From an uncultured Candidatus Saccharibacteria bacterium (GTDB lineage: Bacteria > Patescibacteriota > Minisyncoccia > Phycocordibacterales > DATDWN01): DNA of 64,000 nucleotides. Under the pieces are notes generated by a model. It saw only the letters and a list, made by a program, of their open reading frames with translations, had not been told where the DNA came from and searched no databases. Numbering within the stretch: position 1 is the first letter of the stretch; each line of letters begins with the position of its first letter. The position numbers and the translations under genes were made by a program. Of the stretch, positions 26,808 to 35,539 are shown one piece after another. Where the stretch lies: assembly GCA_964426735.1 (NCBI GenBank), contig CAYRRP010000003.1, positions 77,378-141,377 on the forward strand, written 5' to 3'.

Positions 26808-27878
26808 ATGGCTAAAAAAGATTACACAAACATTGTAGTGCACAAACTCCCCCAACAAGAAGTAGAAATTACTGGTGAAATTACTGTAGAAAAAATGGAT
26901 TCGATGCGAAAAAAAGCAATCGAATCACTTAAGAAAGAAATCACTCTTCCTGGATTTCGAAAAGGTACTGCACCTGAAAACCTTGTAATACAGCAGATTG
27001 GTGAAGTGAAAATACTTGAGGAAGCAGGAGAGCTTGCACTCGGTGAAGTATATCCTGATATTCTCGAAGATGAGAAACTTGATCCTCTTGGTAAACCAGA
27101 GGTAACTATCACGAAGATTGGTGTTGGTAGTGCCCTTGGTTTTAAGATCAAAACAGCACTGATGCCTGAAGTGAAAATCGGTAATTATAAAAAAATCGCC
27201 CAGAAAGTCTATGCAAAAGAAGTAGCTGTAGAAGTCACAGATAAAGATATTGAGGACGTCATCCTCAATCTTCGAAAAAATGTTGCTCATGCAAAACTCC
27301 ATGAAGAAGGTGGATATGATGAACACGATCACTCTCACGGAGAAATCAAAGATGAAGATTTACCAGAAGTAAATGATGATTTCTTAAAACAGATTGGTGA
27401 GTTTGCATCAGTTGAAGATTTAAAAGAAAAAATAAAAGAAAATCTCCTTAAAGAAAAAACTTTTAAAGCAAAAGATAAAAAACGAACAGAAACACTTGAA
27501 GAAATTATTAATGCATCAACAATTGAAATTCCCCAGATCTTGATTGATGGAGAGCTTGATCGAATGAAAGCTCAGTTTGAGGATGATTTGGCACAATCAG
27601 GTATTACACTTACAAACTACCTCTCATACGCAAAGAAAACAGAGGACGACCTCAAGGCTGATTGGAAAGATACGGCAATCAAACGAGCAAAATCTCAAAT
27701 CATTCTTAATACTATTGCAAAAGAAGAGAGCATCACACCTGACGAAGCGATGATAAAAACGGAAATGGAAAAAATCCTCGCACACCACAAAGATGCAGAA
27801 CGTTTCCGTGTACGAATGTATGTGGAAACATTTCTCACCAATGATTTGGTGTTTAAGTTTCTTGAGGAGCAGAAATAG
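26808..27878 (+). CDS. tig: Trigger factor lacking the FKBP/PPIase domain
   Basis: 356 aa. It has the ribosome-binding signature LPGFRKGTAP and TF N- and C-domains. A short His-rich linker (HEEGGYDEHDHSHGEIKDED) sits where the PPIase domain belongs. Confidence 0.85.
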   Translation: MAKKDYTNIVVHKLPQQEVEITGEITVEKMDSMRKKAIESLKKEITLPGFRKGTAPENLVIQQIGEVKILEEAGELALGEVYPDILEDEKLDPLGKPEVTITKIGVGSALGFKIKTALMPEVKIGNYKKIAQKVYAKEVAVEVTDKDIEDVILNLRKNVAHAKLHEEGGYDEHDHSHGEIKDEDLPEVNDDFLKQIGEFASVEDLKEKIKENLLKEKTFKAKDKKRTETLEEIINASTIEIPQILIDGELDRMKAQFEDDLAQSGITLTNYLSYAKKTEDDLKADWKDTAIKRAKSQIILNTIAKEESITPDEAMIKTEMEKILAHHKDAERFRVRMYVETFLTNDLVFKFLEEQK

Positions 27879-28038
27879 TTGACGAAAAAGTAAGAGTATC
27901 TTATTCTTAGTTTAGACTTGCTCCCGCAGAGTAAGACCGCTTGATTCAGGAGGTGAAGAGGAAGAGACGCAAAAATAGCGAGCCCCTATTGGACGTGGGG
28001 GTGAAAAAGCGAAGGATGTTATGAACCCTTCGCTTTTT
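27879..28038 (+). ncRNA. Candidate ~125-nt sRNA (TAG-TTGACG promoter to intrinsic terminator)
   Basis: TTGACG 27879-27884, 17-nt spacer, TATTCT 27902-27907. The terminator is AAGCGAAGG-loop-CCTTCGCTT + TTT (28007-28038). The interior contains AGGAGGUGA. Confidence 0.35.
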
Positions 28039-28091
28039 ATATTGACTTATTTTTACCACTCGAGTAACCCTGGAGCTTACTACCTTTTATA

Positions 28092-28799
28092 TTACATTCC
28101 CAAAAGCACAGCTCCAGCGATTGCTGCTGTCTCTGCTCGCAAAATACGAGGTCCAAGTGCAAACCCTGCAACATTGTATTGTCTAAAGAGTGCGATTTCT
28201 TCATCACTAAAACCTCCTTCTGGACCAATAAAATAAGCAAATGAATACTGGTTTGTGTGTGCAGATAGATATTGCTGTATCGGAGGAAACTCGGGATGAA
28301 AAAATATTTTTTCTTGAGGAAGCACACCACGTTCAAACAGTTTTGGTAGTGTAGTCAGTTCATGTACTGTGAGCAATTCCCCTCTTCCCGACTGTTCTGT
28401 TGCCTCTTGAACAATCTTTTGCAATCGCTCCATATTGAGTTTTTTCTTTTCACTTCGTTCACCAACAATAGGAACAATATGACTCACACCGAGCTCCACT
28501 GCTTTTTGTACCACCAATTCAACATTATCTTTTTTAATAAGCGAAAGGCATAGCCAAATATTTTTTATAGGCGCTGCGATTTCTTTTGTTTCAAGGATTG
28601 AAAGTTCTGCTTCAGACGGAGAAACTTTTGCAATCACTGCTCGACACTCAATACCTGAACCATCAAATACAATCACCTGACTTCCTACATTATATCGAAA
28701 GACCTTTCGCCATTGGTGAATCAGGTCTCTGTTAGAGATATGTATACTTTTTTCCTTTTCAACTATTTTTTCAGTTATATAAAATCGATGGAGTCTCAT
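28092..28799 (-). CDS. rsmE: 16S rRNA (uracil1498-N3)-methyltransferase RsmE
   Basis: It starts MRLHRFY, with HIVPIVGERSE and GPEGGFSDEE motifs. The start is set at ATG 28799, which is internal to the track ORF. Confidence 0.85.
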   Translation of the reverse strand: MRLHRFYITEKIVEKEKSIHISNRDLIHQWRKVFRYNVGSQVIVFDGSGIECRAVIAKVSPSEAELSILETKEIAAPIKNIWLCLSLIKKDNVELVVQKAVELGVSHIVPIVGERSEKKKLNMERLQKIVQEATEQSGRGELLTVHELTTLPKLFERGVLPQEKIFFHPEFPPIQQYLSAHTNQYSFAYFIGPEGGFSDEEIALFRQYNVAGFALGPRILRAETAAIAGAVLLGM

Positions 28800-28899
28800 A
28801 TACCAATATTGTGCAACAAAGAGTGTAAAAATGAAAGGTCTAGCATAATTCGTTTCTTTTGCTATAATAGTTAACACATTAACAATCAATATTGAATAT

Positions 28900-29475
28900 A
28901 TGAGCTATTTAGTACCAACAGTAATTGAAAAAACAAACATGGGTGAGCGAGCATACGATATCTACTCTCGCCTACTCAAAGACAATATTATCTTTTTAGG
29001 TGGGCCGATTGACGACACCGTTGCAAACCTCGTCATTGCCCAGCTTCTTTTCCTCCAGTCTGAGGATCCAAAAAAGGATATCTCTATTTATATCAACTCA
29101 CCAGGAGGGTCCGCTTCTGCTACGTTGGCGATGATTGACACAATGAATCATATTAAAAATGATGTTTCTACTGTATGTATCGGTATGGCCGCTTCAGGTG
29201 GTGCATGGATGCTCTCTGCAGGGACAAAAGGTAAACGTTTTGCACTTCCTAATGCTGAGATTATGATTCACCAGCCACTCGGAGGTGCTGAGGGTCAGGC
29301 TACCGATATTGAGATTCGAGCAAAACAAATCCTCAAACTCCGTGAAAACCTCACAAAAATCATGGCAAAAAATACTGGTCAAACTGTAGCAAAAGTGGCT
29401 CAAGACATTGACCGTGACTTCTGGATGAATTCTGAAGAAGCCAAAAAATACGGAATTATTGACAAAGTGTTGTAA
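28900..29475 (+). CDS. clpP: ATP-dependent Clp protease proteolytic subunit
   Basis: 191 aa. It carries [15 protein letters not shown] and MIHQP (Ser-His-Asp context). Confidence 0.96.
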   Translation: MSYLVPTVIEKTNMGERAYDIYSRLLKDNIIFLGGPIDDTVANLVIAQLLFLQSEDPKKDISIYINSPGGSASATLAMIDTMNHIKNDVSTVCIGMAASGGAWMLSAGTKGKRFALPNAEIMIHQPLGGAEGQATDIEIRAKQILKLRENLTKIMAKNTGQTVAKVAQDIDRDFWMNSEEAKKYGIIDKVL

Positions 29476-29507
29476 TAAAATATAGTAATTACAGAAAGGG
29501 CATTTAT

Positions 29508-29717
29508 ATGGTAATCATCGTAGTTGTAGGTCATTTGGGTGAAGAAAAATTGTTCTACGCCAAAACAACAGAAGAGGCGGAAAACACTTTACTCTTAAAA
29601 GGTTTTACGCTCTCAACAAAAAATGAGTCGGTTTTTTGGGAAGACACCTATCGTGGATGCCGAGCGAAAATCAAAAGACCTGAGGCATCTATCCCGCACA
29701 TCTCGGATCTTTGTTAA
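29508..29717 (+). CDS. Hypothetical small protein
   Basis: 69 aa with no motif. It is followed directly by a terminator. Confidence 0.5.
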   Translation: MVIIVVVGHLGEEKLFYAKTTEEAENTLLLKGFTLSTKNESVFWEDTYRGCRAKIKRPEASIPHISDLC

Positions 29718-29749
29718 ACCACCACCGAATACCACGGGTGGTGGTTTTT
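29717..29749 (+). terminator. Intrinsic terminator
   Basis: AACCACCACC (29717-29726) pairs with GGTGGTGGTT (29737-29746), followed by TTT. Confidence 0.8.
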
Positions 29750-29927
29750 CGGTTAAATTAGACAAAGTTAAGTAATTAATGTATCGTGTAAGTATTACCC
29801 ATTTAAATTTGTGTAACTGACTGCTCCACCACTACTGCCCTGACCGACAACCAGCAATTCCCCCTTGTACTGACACCATAAAACTTTTTTAGGCTTCCGT
29901 GTAAGGCAGTAAGTTACTGCGTATAAT

Positions 29928-31457
29928 ATGTCATTAAAAATAGTAGCAGCCCTTTTGGCTGGAGCATCCGTCATCGGACTTGCTTTAGGTTATTACCTAC
30001 GACTGATCATTTCTCTCGGAAAACGTGGCTCTATGGAGCTTGAGCTCAAACAAATGGAGCTTGCCGCAAAAGACCGTGAAAAAGAAATCATCGAAGGTGC
30101 AGAACAAAAAGCAGAAAAAATCCTTGAAGAAGCTCGAAGTGAAATAAAAGAGAAAGAAGAAAAAGCAAAGAAAACAGAGGAGCGTTTGATCAAAAAAGAA
30201 GAAATGCTCGACAAACGGCAGATCGATATCGACTCTGAAGTTGATATGATTAAGGAAAAGATTGCTGAAGTGAAAGAAGTGCGAGATAAGGCGGATAAAC
30301 TTAAAGAGGAACGCCAAAAAGAACTCGAGCGTGTCAGCAGACTTACTCCAGAGGAAGCAAAGAAGGAAATTCTTGAAAATACCGAACGTACATATGAGGC
30401 GGATATTTTGGCGCGTATGCAAAAGCTCGAACGCAATGGTGAGGAGCAACTTTTGAAGAAGGCTCAGGATATTCTCGCTACATCGATTCAACGTCTTGCA
30501 AACTCAGTAACCGCAGACATGCTCACTACAAACGTACCGATTCCTTCAGATGAAATCAAAGGAAAGATCATCGGTAAAGAGGGGCGAAATATCAAAGCGT
30601 TTGAACGTATGAGCGGTGTGGAAATTATCGTAGATGACACCCCAGGCTCTATTACCATCTCATCATTTGACCCTGTACGCCGACAAGTTGCGAAAGTAGC
30701 TTTGGAAAAACTCATCGCCGATGGACGTATTCAACCTGCAAAAATCGAGGAGATGATCCAAAAAGCTCAAGAAGATATCAATAAAATGATAAAAGAAAAA
30801 GGTGAAGAAGCGGTGTATGAGTGTGGAATTTTGAACCTTGATCCAAAAGTTGTTGCTATTCTTGGTCGTCTCCACTATAGAACAAGCTACGGACAAAACG
30901 TCCTTGCTCACTCAGTAGAGATGGCACATATTGCAGGAATGCTTGCAGAAGAGCTCGGTGCAAATGTACAAGTAGCGAAAGCTGGTGCACTCCTCCATGA
31001 CCTCGGAAAAGCACTCGACCACGAAGTAGCAGGAACTCATGTAGAAATCGGACGCCGAATCTTGCAGAAATTCAATGTTGATGAAGCGGTAATCAAGGCA
31101 ATGCAGGCACACCATGAAGAATACCCATATGAAACTATCGAATCTATTATCGTGCAGTGTGCTGACGCTATTTCAGGAAGCCGTCCTGGTGCTCGCCGAG
31201 ACTCAGTAGAAAACTACTTGAAACGACTCGCAGACCTCGAAGGTGTCGCAACATCATTTAAAGGTGTTGAGAAAGCATATGCACTTCAGGCAGGACGAGA
31301 AATCAGAATCTTTGTGACTCCACAAGAAGTGACTGACTTGGAAGCAAAGAAAATGGCTCGTGATATAGCGACTCGTATTGAAAATGAATTGAAATACCCA
31401 GGAGAAATAAAAGTAAACGTAATTCGCGAAAGCAGAACGATTGAATACGCCCGATAA
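29928..31457 (+). CDS. rny: Ribonuclease Y
   Basis: 509 aa. It has an N-terminal TM segment, a K/E-rich coiled coil, a KH domain (IIGKEGRNIKAFE) and an HD domain (LLHDLGKA). Confidence 0.95.
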   Translation: MSLKIVAALLAGASVIGLALGYYLRLIISLGKRGSMELELKQMELAAKDREKEIIEGAEQKAEKILEEARSEIKEKEEKAKKTEERLIKKEEMLDKRQIDIDSEVDMIKEKIAEVKEVRDKADKLKEERQKELERVSRLTPEEAKKEILENTERTYEADILARMQKLERNGEEQLLKKAQDILATSIQRLANSVTADMLTTNVPIPSDEIKGKIIGKEGRNIKAFERMSGVEIIVDDTPGSITISSFDPVRRQVAKVALEKLIADGRIQPAKIEEMIQKAQEDINKMIKEKGEEAVYECGILNLDPKVVAILGRLHYRTSYGQNVLAHSVEMAHIAGMLAEELGANVQVAKAGALLHDLGKALDHEVAGTHVEIGRRILQKFNVDEAVIKAMQAHHEEYPYETIESIIVQCADAISGSRPGARRDSVENYLKRLADLEGVATSFKGVEKAYALQAGREIRIFVTPQEVTDLEAKKMARDIATRIENELKYPGEIKVNVIRESRTIEYAR

Positions 31458-31465
31458 TAGTTAAC

Positions 31466-31544
31466 AGTAGACAGTCAATAGTCTTTAGTAAAAACAAAAA
31501 ATCACCTTTCGGTGATTTTTTGTTAATAACTTCGACTGTCTACT
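31466..31544 (+). terminator. rny terminator embedded in a long imperfect palindrome
   Basis: The core is AAAAAATCACC-tttc-GGTGATTTTTT (31495-31520). The outer arms are AGTAGACAGTC (31466-31476) and GACTGTCTACT (31534-31544). The 11-mer GACTGTCTACT recurs at 2154-2164. Confidence 0.7.
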
Positions 31545-31669
31545 CATGACTTATGACTACACACTTCCTTGTCCGTCAACCCCTTGCACTCGAAAACCCT
31601 TGGTATATAATAGCTATATAGTAGATAGGGTGAGTCTTGAAAGATTACAAATTTAGTTTTACAACATCC

Positions 31670-31942
31670 ATGAATAAAGCATCATTGGTAGACGCAGTAT
31701 ATGCAGAGCTCGGTGGTACAAAAGTACAGGCTGAGAAAGTGGTTGATATTATTATCGACAACATTGTTGCTACTTTGAAAAAAGGTGGTGAAGTGTCTAT
31801 CGCGGGTCTTGGTATCTTTTCAACAAAAACTCGAGCGGCTCGACAGGCTCGAAACCCACGAACAGGTGAATCAATCTCTGTTCCTGCAATGAAAGTTCCT
31901 AAATTCCGCGCAGCTAAGGGTCTTAAGGACGCCGTAAAATAA
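31670..31942 (+). CDS. hup: DNA-binding protein HU
   Basis: MNKASLVDAVYAELGG...GLGIFSTKTRAARQARNPRTGESISVPAMKVPKFRAAKGLKDAV. The start is set at ATG 31670. Confidence 0.92.
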   Translation: MNKASLVDAVYAELGGTKVQAEKVVDIIIDNIVATLKKGGEVSIAGLGIFSTKTRAARQARNPRTGESISVPAMKVPKFRAAKGLKDAVK

Positions 31943-32158
31943 TAAAATCCATATTTGGTGAATTTCTTTGTTGCTTCACCTTTTTCTCTCCCGCGCAGTA
32001 CTCTTGTACAACTTGGTCAAGAAAAAGGTTTGTGCCTCAAACTTCACTCAAATCTGAAATTTTCTTACGTTTTATTCTCTAGAGAATATCAAAAAACACT
32101 CCAACCGGGGTGTTTTTTGATTACAAAAAGCCCACCAACATGGCTCTTTGTTGGTGGG

Positions 32159-32512
32159 TTATACATTGTAATGTGCCCTGATGTCTGCGACTACTGTGTC
32201 TATGTACGACACTGGGTAATCCTGTCTGGTATTAACACAATAGACATACTCGACCACCAAAAACCACTGCCCTAGTTTTTTCTCAAGCGTGACCATGCAC
32301 AAACAGGTTGTTTTCCCATAGAGATACAGGGGAAATTTTTCACCTCTGTAAATACTCACGCCTCGCATGCCGCGCTGCGTCCAAAAATCATTCTCAAGAT
32401 CAAAAATGCAAAGCTCTTCATGGAGTTCGGATAGAGTATCATGGACAAAATTATTTTCTTCATGATTCTCTTTCCACCACGCCTCAATCCATTGCAATAT
32501 TCTGGACATCAA
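32159..32512 (-). CDS. Hypothetical protein
   Basis: 117 aa with no motif. It has its own terminator (CCCACCAACA/TGTTGGTGGG plus a T-run on the minus strand at about 32125-32160). Confidence 0.55.
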   Translation of the reverse strand: MMSRILQWIEAWWKENHEENNFVHDTLSELHEELCIFDLENDFWTQRGMRGVSIYRGEKFPLYLYGKTTCLCMVTLEKKLGQWFLVVEYVYCVNTRQDYPVSYIDTVVADIRAHYNV

Positions 32513-32545
32513 TCCTCCTTCTTCCAGACTACCATAGGTAAAAAA

Positions 32546-33094
32546 CTAATCAATAGAACTATTCAATATTTTCAAAAATAACTCATCCCCCTCAGATTCC
32601 TCAACAAAATTCTCCGGATGAAATTGAAAACCATATAGAGGTAAATTTTTATGTTTAATAATTTCAGGACCATCATTTGATATACCCAATACATCAAAAG
32701 TCTCTGGCAACATATCTACTACCCATCGATGACTCTCAAATACCCGTACTATCCCCTCTCCCAAACTTTTATCTAAAAGTCGAACTTCATACATTCCCTT
32801 TTTGTCCTGTGATAGTTCCTTTAGAGTACCTCCAAACGCAGTAACGATAAGTTCATACCCAAAACAAATCCCAATGACCGGAATTTTTGCATTTTTAATA
32901 AAATCTATTTCTTTTTTAAATATGTCCTCATTACCCACCAATTGATATTTACTTCCTCCCGACAAAATAACCACATCAAAATCTGTCGTATCTGTATCAA
33001 AATCAGCAAAAGAATGCACTATTTCTTTTCCAGGAATAAGTACTTTAAGTTTATTTAAAAGGGTTGTTCCATTGTCGATAAGTAAAATTTTCAT
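32546..33094 (-). CDS. Class I glutamine amidotransferase-like protein (stand-alone GATase1 domain)
   Basis: 182 aa. The nucleophile elbow GICFGYE and the FQFHPE His/Glu pair are present. An extended -10 TGgTATACT lies 6 nt before the ATG. Confidence 0.8.
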   Translation of the reverse strand: MKILLIDNGTTLLNKLKVLIPGKEIVHSFADFDTDTTDFDVVILSGGSKYQLVGNEDIFKKEIDFIKNAKIPVIGICFGYELIVTAFGGTLKELSQDKKGMYEVRLLDKSLGEGIVRVFESHRWVVDMLPETFDVLGISNDGPEIIKHKNLPLYGFQFHPENFVEESEGDELFLKILNSSID

Positions 33095-33153
33095 GTGGTA
33101 AGTATACCAAATTATTTAGCCAAATTAGTAGGAAGAAAGTTAGAAATTTCCAC

Positions 33154-33301
33154 TGGTGCGGGTGGGGAGAATCGGTCACGAGTAATTCTGGTTCCGTCGA
33201 ACCAGAATTCTCTCGACCCCGACTCGCGACCCACTCTGGTGAGCGGGTGCCCCCGCTCCGTCTTTCGATTCCCCATGCAAAGCTCTGCTTTGCTCACCCG
33301 C
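33154..33301 (-). ncRNA. tRNA-flanking structured element, copy R4 (unknown family), with tRNA-Gly-like acceptor ends and an encoded CCA
   Basis: 5' GCGGGUG and 3' CACCCGCA-CCA pair like the neighbouring tRNA-Gly acceptor stem. The interior is homologous to 37390-37496 and 37148-37275, with covarying hairpins. Confidence 0.6.
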
Positions 33302-33353
33302 ACACATATCAAAAAACCGGCATAAAACCGGTTTTTTGATATGTGTGCGGGTG
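33295..33353. repeat. 26-bp perfect inverted repeat joining the tRNA-Gly 3' end to element R4
   Basis: CACCCGCACACATATCAAAAAACCGG (33295-33320), a 7-nt loop, then the exact reverse complement (33328-33353). The inner part is an A6CCGG/CCGGT6 terminator-like hairpin. Confidence 0.95.
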
Positions 33354-33416
33354 GGGAGAATCGAACTCCCGTATACTGCTTGGAAGGCAGTCATTCTACC
33401 ACTAAATTACACCCGC
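33346..33416 (-). tRNA. tRNA-Gly (anticodon UCC)
   Basis: GCGGGTGTAATTTAGTGGTAGAATGACTGCCTTCCAAGCAGTATACGGGAGTTCGATTCTCCCCACCCGCA. This is a 71-nt cloverleaf with anticodon loop CTTCCAA. Confidence 0.95.
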
Positions 33417-33479
33417 GATTGAAATACTCTAGCAGAAAAACAAGTATTCGGCAATTAAAAATGTTATATACTTATACGT

Positions 33480-34607
33480 ATGCTCAGACATCTTTTTACA
33501 AAAATCATTCTTTTCCTTAGCCTGTCTTTCTTTATACACCCCAACCCGGTAGTTATTTCAAACATGCCCACACTTCCCCATTCCACAACCACATCAGAAG
33601 CGAAAGCAACTTCCACTCAATCTGCGATCACATCAACGCCGTCAACACCAAAAAAAGAAACAACAAAGCCAACTGGTACAAAAAATACCTCAAAAGTCAG
33701 CGAAACACAGTCTGTAGCATCATCCACTACTCCCGTAGTAGTCCCAGAACCAACTATTCCCTTTGAGACAATCAACGAAAATGCTCGTAAAGCAGTGGTA
33801 AATATTTTATGTACTGTACAAAACTCTAGCTCACTTTCGACGATTACTGGAAGCGGTATTGTTTTAAGTAGTGATGGTTTGATTTTGACCAACGCTCATG
33901 TAGCACAATATTTCCTCTTTAAAAACTTTAACAATCAAAAAGATTTTATCTCATGCGTAATCCGTACTGGAAACCCTGCCTACCCTACGTATACCGCAGA
34001 GCTCGCATACATTTCTCCACAATGGATAGCGGAACACAAAGGCGATATTGTCCTTGAGAGTCCAAAAGGTACCGGTGAATATGATTATGCTTTTTTACGT
34101 ATTACCGGAAAAACAGATGGCACTATAGCACCCACAACACTTCCGTTTATTCCCATAAATCTGATTGAATTTACAGAAATAGGTACACCAGCAGTACTCG
34201 TCTCATATCCTGCTGGTTTTCTCGGAGGGCAAAGTATTATTCAAAATCTGTATCAAAGTAGTGCAGTGATCAATGTTACTGATCGATTTACATTTGGTGA
34301 GAATACTGTAGACCGACTGTCTCTCGGAGGAAGTGTGGTGGCACAAAAAGGCTCTTCAGGAGGAGCTGTGGTAGATAGCAGAGGTACCCTCATTGGATTG
34401 ATTTCTATTAGCTCAGACGGAAATACCACGGGAGAACGAGACCTTAGTGCCATTACCCTCTCCTACATCAACCGCGATCTTATTAAAAATGCAAACACTA
34501 CTATTTCCTCTATCGCTTCGAATAGCGCTGTCTTTGCCGCAACATTTAATGAAAAATTAGCTCCTGGACTGACTAAAGCATTGAGTGATGTGATTTTGAA
34601 GAAATAA
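33480..34607 (+). CDS. Secreted trypsin-like (S1/HtrA-like, no PDZ) serine protease
   Basis: 375 aa. It has an N-terminal anchor, an S/T-rich linker, LILTNAHV (His) and KGSSGGAVVDSRGTLIGL (Ser). Confidence 0.8.
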   Translation: MLRHLFTKIILFLSLSFFIHPNPVVISNMPTLPHSTTTSEAKATSTQSAITSTPSTPKKETTKPTGTKNTSKVSETQSVASSTTPVVVPEPTIPFETINENARKAVVNILCTVQNSSSLSTITGSGIVLSSDGLILTNAHVAQYFLFKNFNNQKDFISCVIRTGNPAYPTYTAELAYISPQWIAEHKGDIVLESPKGTGEYDYAFLRITGKTDGTIAPTTLPFIPINLIEFTEIGTPAVLVSYPAGFLGGQSIIQNLYQSSAVINVTDRFTFGENTVDRLSLGGSVVAQKGSSGGAVVDSRGTLIGLISISSDGNTTGERDLSAITLSYINRDLIKNANTTISSIASNSAVFAATFNEKLAPGLTKALSDVILKK

Positions 34608-34632
34608 AAGGTATTGTTACAATATACAGATT

Positions 34633-35145
34633 ATGAAAAAAATCTGGAACTCTTTTTGGAATTGGTACGATAGTCACCCAACACTCACCCTTGGTATAAC
34701 CCTCGGGCTCTTTAGTTTACAAATTATTCACCTGATTTGGCTCTTAACTAGTGTTATTTGGACTAAAGCATTTGGTCACGCACTCTTTGCACCACATGAA
34801 GCTTTTGAGCGCATTCTTGTTCTTGTAGATTATACTGAAATACCAGCACTCATCAGTGCCTCTCTTGTATATATTGACGATTTACGTAAAAAAATAAGCC
34901 CAAAAGCTATCATGTACCTCATCTTCCTCAACACTCAATGGCTTCACCTTTTCTGGATCACTGATGAATATGTAGTAAGTCAATTTACACAAACTGTTCT
35001 TATCCCCTCATGGCTCGCATGGATTGCTATTCTTATAGACTATCTCGAACTTCCAGTGATACTTGATACGCTCAAAAAATTTATTTCATCGCTTCATAAA
35101 GGAGAAGTGAAGCAGGCTTTCCAAGCTATTTCTGAACGAGACTAG
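34633..35145 (+). CDS. Hypothetical polytopic membrane protein
   Basis: 170 aa with about 4 hydrophobic helices. Confidence 0.6.
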   Translation: MKKIWNSFWNWYDSHPTLTLGITLGLFSLQIIHLIWLLTSVIWTKAFGHALFAPHEAFERILVLVDYTEIPALISASLVYIDDLRKKISPKAIMYLIFLNTQWLHLFWITDEYVVSQFTQTVLIPSWLAWIAILIDYLELPVILDTLKKFISSLHKGEVKQAFQAISERD

Positions 35146-35202
35146 TTACCCTAAAACATTCTTCCTGAAGAATGTTCGGGCGAACATTTTAGTAAAAATG
35201 TT

Positions 35203-35499
35203 TTAGCCGGCTTTTTCAGCAGCAATTTGTAACACCATATCAAAATTATCTTCTTTTTGTGCTTTATTCGCTCGTGTAAAACCACACTTTTCACATACTT
35301 GAATAATATTGTATTCACTCCCCTTCTTTTGTATTTCCGTTGGACGCATCAGTCCTCCACATGTTTCCGCTCGATCACCTGGGTCAATATCAACATGTTT
35401 AGACCACAAACACTGTGGGCAATGATTCGTAAAACCATTCCCTACCACAGTTTCTCCGCAGTGTTCACAGACAAAATCTTCAATAGTTCGTTTGAACAT
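35203..35499 (-). CDS. RNHCP-domain zinc-ribbon protein
   Basis: CEHCGETV...TNHCPQCLWSKHVD...CEKCG. The start is set at the internal ATG 35499. Confidence 0.65.
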   Translation of the reverse strand: MFKRTIEDFVCEHCGETVVGNGFTNHCPQCLWSKHVDIDPGDRAETCGGLMRPTEIQKKGSEYNIIQVCEKCGFTRANKAQKEDNFDMVLQIAAEKAG

Positions 35500-35539
35500 A
35501 CACCATGTATAGTAACACAATCAATCCAAAAAAAGCCCC

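Noticed and set aside
28021-28336. ORFs 28021..28236 (+) and 28037..28336 (-).
   Set aside because: The first begins inside a terminator stem and is antisense to rsmE. The second is an out-of-frame overlap of rsmE.
29993-30491. Two overlapping minus-strand ORFs (147 and 164 aa) inside rny.
   Set aside because: They are antisense to the K/E-rich coiled-coil region of RNase Y. Their Ser/Phe-rich low complexity is typical of shadow ORFs.
33154-33301. Calling R4 a second tRNA-Gly gene, an intron-containing tRNA, a tRNA-Sec or a tmRNA.
   Set aside because: Only the 7-nt 5' and 19-nt 3' ends match the tRNA. There is no D-arm, anticodon arm or true T-arm. It lacks the G3:U70 pair and a tag reading frame, and it is too short for a tmRNA.
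33146-33364. Integrated prophage or genomic island at tRNA-Gly, suggested by the 19-nt direct repeat.
   Set aside because: The repeats are only about 190 bp apart and enclose no genes, and no integrase is adjacent. At most this is a scar or a miniature element, which I reported as a finding instead.
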